Source of the DNA: Adineta vaga
Lineage: Eukaryota; Animalia; Rotifera
Assembly (NCBI GenBank): GCA_021613535.1
Contig: CP075497.1
Location: 1,736,001 to 1,800,000 of the forward strand
DNA length: 64,000 nt
Reading direction: 5' to 3'
The translations under genes were made by a program, and so were the position numbers. The notes beneath the pieces were generated by a model that was given only the letters and a program-made list of their open reading frames with translations, was not told the origin of the DNA and did no database searches. Of the stretch, positions 35,801 to 46,870 are shown one piece after another (position 1 is the first letter of the stretch; the number at the start of each line of letters is the position of its first letter).

Positions 35801-36612
35801 GAATTCGATTTTAATTAATACATCTATGTATTTGTCTCATGGGATGAGAAAAGAAGATTAATTGTGTCTAATACAAAACTATGTCTCATGCCTTTGTATT
35901 CTTGTTCATATCTCCTCTTTTATTTTCCATAACTTTTACTCCTGGAAGAGCTTATCGGCCGAGTGACACTAAACTTCTTTTTTTAGAAATAAATATCAAA
36001 TTCGCTAGTATGTTCTCTCATAAAAATCTGAGATATTACATTATTTCAAATCATTAGTAATGATTACAGATAGTACAGCTCATTTGATCTCTCCTGCTGA
36101 ATTTTTCTCGCTTTATAATATTAAAACTCACTTTTATCTTAATAATAATATGATGATGAAAGAATACAAATCTTTATACATCTAGAAAGTACATCGAACA
36201 AGAATATCAAATAAATATTAGGATATTCAACAAAAAAGTAACATTCGCATCTAGTCTCTGATTTGATATTTTTTTTAATATACAAAATGTGCTCCATTTA
36301 CACTAGTTCAAAACAAGCTCTCTATCAGAAAGAAAAGTAAATTAGAAAGTGCGAAACACAGAATACTGAAGGAGAAGATTATCAACTAAGCTGTGTCTAT
36401 TGAAAATTAATAGACAAAGGGAACTATAAATATCATTCCAATACCTCAGATATCATTAACTAAAAGGTAAAATCACCGTAAGAAATCAAGCTCTACCATT
36501 TCAGAACTATCCTCTATACTCTTCATAATATAAATTGAAAAACTAATAGCAGACAAGATCTTCATTTTATAGTTGAATATCTTCGGTTAACGATCAACGA
36601 TTTATTCATATC

Positions 36613-37581
36613 ATGTCCACAACGAGCACAGCAGCAGTTCAAACCACTACTCAATCAACAGAAGTTATCATTGTTGCTTATTTCTCATTTGCTTTGGTTA
36701 CTATTGGCACCATATTCAATCTGTTAACCTTCTGCATCCTATGTCGAGCAAGATTTCGAGATACAAAAACAAGACCAGTTCTTCATTATATGCGCACTAT
36801 TGCCATCTTTGATATTCTCATGTTATATGGATGGAACTTTGATCATTATGTTTATCCAATCTATGGTTTCTATCTACAAAGAAGTTCAGTGAATGCATGC
36901 AAGTTTCTTTCGTTCCTAAACTATTTCGCACCACAATCATCAGCTTGGCTTCGTGTATTTATTTGTCTTGATCGATATTTATCATTGAGTCGCCTTCGTC
37001 GAACATGGTTTAGTGATTCCAAACATGTCTTCATTATTATTGGAAGTATCATGATATTTTTTTTCTTGCTCAACTTGCACTTCATCATTTTTGCTTGTTA
37101 TTACAATCCAAGTGGTACAGTAAATATCAATTCATCATTGTTCAAACTATATCCGATATGGGATTATGTTAACTTGACGTTTTACAATTTTTCACCATTC
37201 ATATTGATGATTGTACTGAATAGTGGTGTTATTTATCATCTGATTAATCTTCGACGTACAACAAGTGTACAGAATTCACGTATTCATCATCGCGCCATAT
37301 CCATTACACTAGTCATAACTACATTTCTCTTCTTACTAATGACTGTACCAGCAACTGTTGGATTTGCATTTTTCTGTTGCAGTAATATGACCATTTTGCG
37401 ATTGTTAGATTGCATATTATATACACATCATGTACTTTCATTTCCACTGTACATGATTACATTTGATGAATTTCGACAAGAATTCTTGGCAATGATTATG
37501 TGCAAGAAAAATTATCAAAGAGTTGGACCTCCAACTATTACTGCACCACACACATTAAATGGAAAATCACGGATGGCATAA
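36613..37581 (+). CDS. Rhodopsin-like GPCR (peptide-receptor-like), paralog B1
   Basis: Intronless 322 aa, 7 TM, CK...SSAWLRVFICLDRY, PF in TM5, TVP in TM6, F..EF helix 8. Confidence 0.92.
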   Translation: MSTTSTAAVQTTTQSTEVIIVAYFSFALVTIGTIFNLLTFCILCRARFRDTKTRPVLHYMRTIAIFDILMLYGWNFDHYVYPIYGFYLQRSSVNACKFLSFLNYFAPQSSAWLRVFICLDRYLSLSRLRRTWFSDSKHVFIIIGSIMIFFFLLNLHFIIFACYYNPSGTVNINSSLFKLYPIWDYVNLTFYNFSPFILMIVLNSGVIYHLINLRRTTSVQNSRIHHRAISITLVITTFLFLLMTVPATVGFAFFCCSNMTILRLLDCILYTHHVLSFPLYMITFDEFRQEFLAMIMCKKNYQRVGPPTITAPHTLNGKSRMA

Positions 37582-38773
37582 AACTAAACTTCTTTTCATT
37601 TTTGTACTAAAGTTCATCAACATAGTTATGTATTGTAAACATATTGTAACATATATTTAATCACTATTTTAAATGTTGTACATGTGAAGTATTTTGTTAA
37701 CATATGAATTATTATATTTAATTGTCTCCTGTATTTTTGTATGTCAATAAATTTGATACCTTAACTAAATGTATATTGAAGTAATACATGCTGATATTAC
37801 AATTAAAAAATGCATGACTGTGTAAAATTGTTTTAGATTTGATGAAATTTGCACTTGTCTAAATCGTTAAAGAGATGAAAAAAATCAAAACTTCATTCAT
37901 TTCAGAATAATCATTTCAATTAGTAATATTTGTTTGATATTGTTAATGTATGCATTATTAATATTGCTTTCCAATGAGACAAGAATACGTAGGTAAAACA
38001 TGAATATTTAAAGACAAGAAAATACTTGAAGTTTATTTTCCGTAAGCGATAACTAATACAGAAACGAACTATTTATTCATCGCAGTTATTCTATTCAATT
38101 GCAAGTATTAGAATACGTTCTCGATTAAAAGCGATAAGAATTTTCATACTCTTATTTTGCTTCATCAATACATTGTTTTTCTTTAACCAAATTAGATTAT
38201 TCATTTAAGTATCAATAATAGCTAAAATTATGCTGAATAATTCGTAATAGATTCTATAATTTCAAATAATTTCTACTATATACACAAGTTGTCATCTAAT
38301 ATTAGTATGCGTACGCCATCGCTTTTTTTATCTACTAATTGAGGTGTAATTTTAATTAAATATGTGATGTGAGGTGAGATTTGCGTTGTATTAAATCATT
38401 GAAACTAGTATGCTTTGATAGACAGCATAGGATATTAATCATAATTTACTTTGATAACTCTAATTTTACTCGCTTTGCCCACACGAATAACTTAGGAACA
38501 TCTAGTATATATAGATCGTTGTTAAAACAAAATAGCGTGTTATTATAATATGATTTTCTTTCTATTAGAAAATGTTTTACTTATCGTTTTTGCATTTCCT
38601 TGAAATTTTATAGAAAAACATTATAGTGTACTTCTTATTTACTATCTCGTCATGAATAGTCGTTTAACAATATAAATTGAAATAGACAGCTAATCATAAA
38701 CATTACATATATCATCATATTTATAATTTGTAACTTCATATTTTTCATTTAAGATCAACGATTTATTCATATC

Positions 38774-39712
38774 ATGTCCACAACGAGCGCAACAACAGTT
38801 CAAACCACTACTCAAGCAACAGAAGTTATCATTGTCGCTTATTTCTCATTTGCTTTAGTTACTATTGGCACCATATTCAATCTGTTAACCTTCTGCATCC
38901 TATGTCGAGCAAGATTTCGAGATACAAAAACAAGACCAGTTCTTCATTATATGCGCACTATTGCCATCTTTGATATTCTCATGTTATATGGATGGAACTT
39001 TGATCATTATGTTTATCCAATCTATGGTTTCTATCTACAAAGAAGTTCAGTGAATGCATGCAAGTTTCTTTCGTTCCTAAACTATTTTGCACCACAATCA
39101 TCAGCTTGGCTTCGTGTATTTATTTGTCTTGATCGATATTTAGCATTGAGTCGACTTCATCGAACATGGTTTAGTGATTCCAAACATATCTTCATCATTA
39201 TTGGAAGTATCATGATGTTTTTCTTCTTGCTCAACTTGCATTTCATCATCTTTGCTTGTTACTATAATCGAAGTGGTACAGTGAATATCAATTCATCATT
39301 GTTCAAACTATATCCGATATGGGATTATGTTAACTTGACGTTTTACAATTTTTCACCATTTATATTGATGATTGTACTGAATAGTGGTGTTATTTATCAT
39401 CTGATTAATCTTCGACGTACAACAAGTGTACAGAATTCACGTATTCATCATCGCACCATATCCATTACACTAGTCATAACTACATTTCTTTTTTTACTAA
39501 TGACTGTACCAGCAACTGTTGGATATGCATTTTTCTGTTGCAGTAATATGACCATTTTGCGATTGTTAGATTGCATATTATACACGCATCACATTCTTTC
39601 ATTTCCACTGTACATGATTACATTTGATGAATTTCGACAAGAATTCTTGGCAATGATTATGTGCAAGAAAAATGATCAAAGAATTAACGTCATTAAAATT
39701 ACCGCGATGTAA
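38774..39712 (+). CDS. Rhodopsin-like GPCR, paralog B2
   Basis: Intronless 312 aa, nearly identical to B1 except for the C-terminal tail. Confidence 0.92.
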   Translation: MSTTSATTVQTTTQATEVIIVAYFSFALVTIGTIFNLLTFCILCRARFRDTKTRPVLHYMRTIAIFDILMLYGWNFDHYVYPIYGFYLQRSSVNACKFLSFLNYFAPQSSAWLRVFICLDRYLALSRLHRTWFSDSKHIFIIIGSIMMFFFLLNLHFIIFACYYNRSGTVNINSSLFKLYPIWDYVNLTFYNFSPFILMIVLNSGVIYHLINLRRTTSVQNSRIHHRTISITLVITTFLFLLMTVPATVGYAFFCCSNMTILRLLDCILYTHHILSFPLYMITFDEFRQEFLAMIMCKKNDQRINVIKITAM

Positions 39713-41078
39713 TCGTTCGACACACAATGATGCCATGATCATATGGGAAAATGCAGCATAACATTTGCTAATAGTGATTATTGTTGTTGTGGTTGTTAGA
39801 TTACGAACGTTGTTATATATTTTCTGAGTGTTGTATGTCTACTTATCAATAAAATCAATACTTGAAGAAAAAAAATATTATTGGTTTTGAAAAACAACAG
39901 AAAAATTTTCAGTTGTAATTTAGATTGGATATTTCAAAGTAATTAATAATTAGTGTTAAAAAAAAACATTCTGATAGTAACAACTATTTGAATTCTATTT
40001 GTTTGATGATGCATATATGTAATTTATACAGACAAATTTGAAAATTCTCGCCTTCGTAGAAGTGTTAGTGAGGAATATATCATTTTTATGACTTTATATT
40101 TAGTCAAGGAAAAAAGCAGTTGCACTTCAAATGCTGAATATGAGATGAATTTTTAAAACTATAAAAGGAAAAAATTCATAGATGGAATTGAATCAATAAT
40201 CAATACTAACGGAGTAATTTCTGATATAAACTGAGATAGATGAATTGCGCGATCAGGCGTTTTTACGATTGACACGAAACGCAAATTTTTCGACATTTTT
40301 TTCTACCATCTGCATCTCGATAGAACATATCCAAAGATGGTGATTCGGACCTCGGAAACCGACTAGAACAGGTCCGGAATACCATGAAATCAACCGTTTC
40401 CGCACTGGATTCTGTTATATGGGATGAGTTCTTAGTTAGATTCTAAAATATATATCGAATAAAAGTTATATAAATTACGATTTTATGAAAGATATTCTTT
40501 CATCGCTATTGTAATTTCTTACCAAGATTTCATTTAGAACAGAATTATTGAAACTTTTGTAAGAATTCTCAAATGCATGAAGAAATATTTAAATTCTCTG
40601 AAAATACGCATGCAAAGCGCTTTTTTTTAGCAAAAGAAGATCATATAACACTACGGAGTTGAACTACATATTTTCTTTGTTGAATTTTCTCATAATGTCA
40701 TGACAGAGACATCATGGAAGAAATGGAAATAAAAGAAGTTTATCAAATATCATCAAGTATTTTATTTCATTTTTATCTACATTATTATTCCATGATAATC
40801 TAATTTCCATCCTTTTTCGTTCATTTATAAAAGATTTCTGAAAATTCGTTTGATAAACAACTTAAAACCTTCGTCTAAACGAATTAGATTAAACGTCGAT
40901 TCTTTTTTCCTGATTTAAAGTAAAAGATTATGTATCATGTAATCTATGAGTGACAGATAAAGAATAAACTTCTTTTTGTTTCAATGAATTTGATACTTTT
41001 CTGATGTATTTAGTTTCATCAATAGTTTTTCTTTTTAAGATTTTGTATTCAAAGGAAAAGATATTATTTACTCAACAA

Positions 41079-42163
41079 ATGGATTTAAGTGTTAATTTAA
41101 ATTCTTCCATTTCAAATCCATCGAATGAATCATTATGCATTCTTCTTTCAATGAATATTATTCAACTTTTATTTAGTATGATCGGAATTGTTGCTTCATT
41201 ATTTTTCATGACAAGTATTTTTTGTAATACTTCAATTCATACAGTTTCAAATATTCTAACATGTAATTCAAGTTTAGCTATTTTAATTCTTGCAAGTGAT
41301 ATATTTTCTATTTCAATCTATACTCTCATTAAAGATTTATCATCCAAACAAATTCAAATGTACAATATGTTTCTTTGCCATCTTCGTGGTTATATATTTC
41401 ATTTAAGTTTATGTGCTTTAATTCATAGTTTTGTTATTCAAATCTTTTATCGTCTTGCTGGAACGATTTATTATAATCGTCTCTATTATCAAAGTCTTCG
41501 TCCATATCTTTACGCAATTATTCTTCAATGGATTATTGCTATTGTACAAATTCTACCGATTATTTACACCAATCATCAAAATTTTATTGAAGAAGAATAT
41601 TTATGTCAAATAGAAATTCATAATAGTCAAACAATAGTTTATGTTTATACCATTGTTTATTTCATTCCATTATCATTAATTCTAATTCAATATTGGATCA
41701 TTAAAAGATATTCCAAACGAAAAACTAATAGTACGAGTTCATAGAAAATACGAATTAAAAAAGAAAAATTTCATATGTTTTAGCCATTCATACAATCAAT
41801 ATTCAACATCGAGCTCGTCGTCAAATTAAATTAATTCGCCGTACCTTAATTTTAATTACAAGTCTCTTTATCTTAGGAACACCATATTGTGCAATTATAG
41901 TTCTTGAAACATTAAATTTTGTTCGAGCACCAAAATATACACATCGTATTGGTTTTCTTCTTGTTGGTATTGCTTCTGGTTTGATAATGTTAATGATGAT
42001 ATATTTTACAAGAAATTTACGACGTTTAATTTTGCGAAAGAGAAGAAGTAAGAGAAATAAAGTATTCAAATCAAATTATAGTCTACAAGAAACGAGAGGA
42101 ACAATAAGAAAAGTTCGAGAAGTTATACAAAGCGAAGTCATAGTTGCTGAAAATCCATATTGA
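41079..42163 (+). CDS. Divergent rhodopsin-like GPCR
   Basis: 7 TM across two exons (intron about 41730-41783); CHLRGY, FYRL at the DRY position, EEYLCQI, YFIP, LGTPY. The start could also be 41004. Confidence 0.85.
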
Positions 42164-42169
42164 TTTAAA

Positions 42170-43468
42170 TTATATTTTCATTGGATTTTGACATGAAATT
42201 TTGATTTGTTGAACAAGTCTTTTCATTTGAGTAACATTTATATTCGTTTCATTTGGTATTTTACTTTCAATTTTTTGAATAAATAAGTAAAACCAATAAT
42301 GAACTTGATTTATATTCGAACAATTTAACATTAATTTACAAGTAAGTCCTTTTCGTATTTTAATCATCGATGTAAAAACTTTCGAATTGGAATATAATTG
42401 AGCAAGTGTTGCCATTGCCATAACTTGTGGAATGGCACAAAATTTAAATATTTGACGATTTCGAAGACGATTTAAATATATAAGCACATCAGGCACATGA
42501 GAAAGTGAATCAATAACCATATGATTTAAACATTCAAGACTTTGTTTATCTTTTGGATATTGACTAAAATCACAAAGATCATTTGCATAATTTTTCCAAA
42601 TTTCTTTTGGCCACCATGTTCTACCCGCTTCGAGATCTTCCAAATAATCACGTATAATATTCGTTTTTTGTAAAAATAATCCCATACTATCACTCAATTT
42701 TTCATTTACATGTAAATTATCATCTTCAAATTCACTTTTCGAAAAGATTTCAGATAAACCATAACCAACAAGACCAGCAACATAATGACAATATAAATTA
42801 TAACTTGATATTGTATCAATAGAACCTATTTTTCCAACATAATCAGCCATTCCATAACCCATTCGACGTGTTATATCAATAATAATCGATTGATATTTCA
42901 TATCAAATGATTTCAAGACACGAATTACTTTATCAAAATGTTCTAAGAGAATTTGATAATCTTTTGTATCACCAACATGTTTAATTGTCCAATTATCAAT
43001 TGTTAAATTCTTATGAAATTGTTTTAATAAAAGAATTTTCTTCTCATCTGGATAATTCATATCATCTTCGACACTATCAAGACCACGAAGAACAAGATAG
43101 AATATACATACAACATCTTTTAATTCTGATGGAAGTTCTTGAATAACAAATGCAAATGAACGACTTACTTTATTTAATGTTGCATAACAAAAATCAATGT
43201 CATTTAATTCAACAGCGAGTTTATCTAAAGAAATCTGTTCGCTTTTTTTCATATAGCCACCAAATTTGATTTTCAATATTGCGAATATTTCACTTGGAAA
43301 TAGAAGTGATCTTGATAGATCTGTTAAAGTACCAGGAATATGAAACCATTTGTGTAGGGATTTAATTGAAGAGATATATTGATATAAATAATAGAATAAA
43401 ATACCAATGATGATAATTGTTGTATATGAATATGTATGAAAAGAAACGAAAGAATATAGACTTTCCAT
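42170..43468 (-). CDS. FDFT1: Squalene synthase (farnesyl-diphosphate farnesyltransferase)
   Basis: VSRSFAFVIQEL, FYLVLRGLDSVEDD, YCHYVAGLVG, MGLFLQKTNIIRDYLED, FCAIPQVMAMATL; intronless. Confidence 0.96.
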   Translation of the reverse strand: MESLYSFVSFHTYSYTTIIIIGILFYYLYQYISSIKSLHKWFHIPGTLTDLSRSLLFPSEIFAILKIKFGGYMKKSEQISLDKLAVELNDIDFCYATLNKVSRSFAFVIQELPSELKDVVCIFYLVLRGLDSVEDDMNYPDEKKILLLKQFHKNLTIDNWTIKHVGDTKDYQILLEHFDKVIRVLKSFDMKYQSIIIDITRRMGYGMADYVGKIGSIDTISSYNLYCHYVAGLVGYGLSEIFSKSEFEDDNLHVNEKLSDSMGLFLQKTNIIRDYLEDLEAGRTWWPKEIWKNYANDLCDFSQYPKDKQSLECLNHMVIDSLSHVPDVLIYLNRLRNRQIFKFCAIPQVMAMATLAQLYSNSKVFTSMIKIRKGLTCKLMLNCSNINQVHYWFYLFIQKIESKIPNETNINVTQMKRLVQQIKISCQNPMKI

Positions 43469-43879
43469 TTCTGTTATCGAAAAGAATAACTTTCAAATGT
43501 TCTTATTCATTTATACAGGTAACATTTTATAGCATATCTCAAAAGAACAGAACAATGTTGACGAACCAGTAAGTAAAAGACGAGTATCATACGATATATC
43601 ATCATCATTCGATGTCGGATGATCATCACCCGTCTTTTTATTCTTTTACTTATTCTTTCTTCAGAATTACATAATTTCTTTTTCTTTTATATTATTCACA
43701 ATTTTATATTCATTTACTTATTCAATAAATAGTTAGCTTGTTTTTTTCTTTCTTCAAATAAATAACTGAATGCAATTGTTTTTCATACTCGCAGTAGTAT
43801 TAAACTTAAAAGTTGAATTCAGCTTACAAGTTTCAAATAAACTATCCTATTTGCAATACCTTCGTAGCATCTTCATTGT

Positions 43880-44760
43880 TGCCTTCGCTCTCATTAACTA
43901 GATTGAGTATTCGTTACAAATTAAACTTTTCCAATTCTTGTTGAAGTACAACTGCTGGTCGTAATTGTTTAGCTGATATTTTGATAGAAAATTGATTTTT
44001 CACAATTGACTAAGTAAAAAATAGTTCATCACTTAATGATATTCTCTTCAAATAAACTTTAGAGATAGTCCCATGGAATAATACGATCACCTCAATTGAA
44101 TTTAGTAACAATTTCATCGATCTAAATTAGAAAATTGTTAATGGAAACATTATCCCTTACCATAATGTTGAATACGAAATTCAAATTAATAGCATTACCA
44201 ACTTTCTCAAATTAAAACTCCTACGGAGATAATATTGCGATTTGAAAAAAAAATATTTGACCTTGTAGTGTTGCTAAATCATGATTTATAACACATGCAA
44301 AATAATGAAAAGACCAATGGTCAAGTTCATGTATTATGGACGAAAGAAGAATAGCACCATATCGAATAATATCAATGGGATTGTTACTCATCTTTGAACA
44401 TTCGATTATCTAAAAACTACACTTTCAACAATGAAGAAATTTTCAATAAATATTTCATAAAGACCAAAATTAAATTGATATTTTGGTAAATCATATTATG
44501 CGACCGAACACTTATCTGACATAGTGAATAGGTGTAATAAAAGAGAGAATCAATGTGTAAAAAGCGATTAGTTATAACTATGTTGCTGTACTTATTTGAA
44601 AAGAAAATTAGAAAAATTTCATTGCATGATCTTGTTGAAAGATATGATCCTAATATGAACAAATAGATATCAGTAACAGCAATGATAACACGTCGAAAAT
44701 ATCCTGGTTGTACTGTTTATGATGAATTTGTCTGTACGTTTAACGTGATAGGCATGTCTT
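43880..44760 (-). pseudogene. Decayed multi-exon gene containing an HExxH motif
   Basis: Exon-like block about 44262-44410 bounded by tttag/gt reads IIECSKMSNNPIDIIRYGAILLSSIIHELDHWSFHYFAC; neighbouring exon-like blocks carry stops. Confidence 0.3.
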
Positions 44761-44846
44761 ATTTTAGTGAATGCAGGATTAATGAATAGCCATTGTTTTC
44801 CAAGATAAAGTGTTAAGTAAAATCGATGTGCTTTCTATTCTTTAAG

Positions 44847-46870
44847 ATGGTCAATACAAATATTTTGTCGAAGAAAATGGGTGTATGGATGTGTGTGAAG
44901 TGATTTTGTTTCGGTTTGTTTACATTTATTTGAAAGAAAATGCGTTATTTCTTTTCATTTACAGACATATGTTCACGTTAAATCGAAACTAGTACTTGTT
45001 CGGTTATTTTATGTATCTCACCTCTCTCCATATACTAGAAGAATTTTTAATTTTCTTTTCAATGTATGATAATATTGTTTTTTTCCGTTTTAGTATAGAA
45101 ACTAGGTGTGTGACAGCTCAAGTTCAACAGTTCGCGCGAACTGAATCAATAAACTGGTGTTGGTGTTATAGGACATTATTCATTTCTTCTAGTTTCATTC
45201 CTTCTTTATGTGACCTATTTACTCTTCTTCTCTTCTCCTGTCTTTTTTTGTTACAAACTCCATTCTGTTTGTGCACTGTAAAAAAAGGAGTTTTACCAAA
45301 CCTGTATCCAGGGGAAGATCCCTTGAGGTTTAGTATCGATTTGCCAAACTAAAAAAAGATCGGTGAACATTTAATATACATATATATATATACATGGAGT
45401 TTTCTCTTCGTTATTTGTTGTTATTTAGTTAGTATCGTTTTCTGTTTTCTTCTGGTCATTCTCTTGTGTTCGTCTCAATAAACATATTGGACTCATACAC
45501 GCCTAGACGATCACTAACAGAGTCTATGGTCTTTTATATTTCAAATTGAATTTTGGAAAATAATCGACCCTCGTACATATATTTAGAGCGCGAATTAAGG
45601 GAACTAACAAATCAACATCTTTCACAATGAATATACTAAGAAACATTAACTTTCCTGAGAATAGTCTTTTGAATTAATACTAATAAATTCACCCTCAATC
45701 AGATGTTAACCTCATCACCCTTGTAATTATTTGAACTTTTAGATAACTACAGGAACTAAGGGATCTAAGGGGACCAACAAAACTTGTAGTTATCAACAGA
45801 ATATAGCAACGTCATCGATAAATTTTAAGGCTTTACTAAAAAGAACTTTCATAGATTCATATATATTCTAATTTCTTCGTATAAGAAATTTCATTCTCAT
45901 TCGTATTGAACCATTTTTTATTCGATGAAAATAGTTGCTTAGACTCTGGTTATGAAGAGTGGACCTATACACACTGTCGATCATCATAAAATAACAATGA
46001 AGTCATTTTATAAGTTTCGCAGCGTCGTTAGACCCCTTCGTTCCTTACTTTCGGTTTGAAATAAAGTCTATTTTTTCTCTAAATTCAGATTGAAATATAA
46101 TAGACCATTGTATGCACTAACAACTGGGACATCAGTTCAGTTCGTATGTCTGAACTGGCCAATTAAATCGGCTCTGAATTAGTTTTCAGTAACTGATCAA
46201 CGGTTCCAAATGATCTGATCTGCTCTAAGAGTTCAGTTTTACTAGCTGAACTGGCTTGAACAGTTCCAGTTCCATCTGTTGATATGGAACTGTCACACAC
46301 CTAATAGAAATAATGTCGAATTTCAATTACGATTATTTTAAACAATATAAATATGAATCCGGTAAATTATGATTTGTAATCACAGTTAGTTGAAGAACGT
46401 TGTTTTGTCGGTCTTTGTAGATAGTAAGGGCAATATTTGTTGCCCGGTTTGTGGGACTAAAGAAACATTTAACATCGATGTGAATATCAATACTGGTTTA
46501 AATCGTGATCAAGAAAAGCTTATCTGGACACATGTACAAACGAAGCATTTAATTGAGTTCAATCAGATTTATGATCAACTGGTGAAAAACTCGTCATATG
46601 TTGTTCGTGAAAGTTTGGTAAGTAAATTAACTATTCTCATATTCTGCAAAAAAAGATACTTCTAAAGTGACATAATATATTAAAACTACGGTATAATGTC
46701 TTTGTTTCTATAGATTTTTTCTTAGAAAAAGGAAATTGTTATCTTTTTTCTTATTTAACCAATTGAAATACAGATTATTGATTGTGCTTTATTGTTATTG
46801 ACTGTTGAAGGAAAAGAAAAAACTCTAAGAGCGCATCGATGATTTGAAAGGTCACTTCTGGATGAACACT
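44847..46870 (+). pseudogene. Small zinc-finger-like gene interrupted by the hAT element
   Basis: Removing 45103-46303 and one TSD copy restores exon YRNNVEFQLRLFKQYKYES, in phase with the upstream exon (TYVHVKSK...FLFN) and the downstream exon DSKGNICCPVCG...WTHVQTKH. Confidence 0.45.
45103..46303. mobile_element. Non-autonomous hAT-superfamily DNA transposon (1201 bp)
   Basis: 14-bp perfect TIRs TAGGTGTGTGACAG / CTGTCACACACCTA; 8-bp TSD atagaaac / atagaaat (7 of 8); subterminal cagttc/gaactg repeats; no transposase ORF. Confidence 0.88.

Noticed and set aside
40240-40425. GC-richer patch resembling transposon fragments
   Set aside because: No paired TIRs or TSD could be defined.
43622-43635. 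SRE-like atcacccgtc upstream of squalene synthase
   Set aside because: Poor match to the ATCACCCCAC consensus; expected by chance.
44996-45352. 118-aa ORF that might be a transposase fragment
   Set aside because: Crosses the element boundary and has no hAT transposase motifs.
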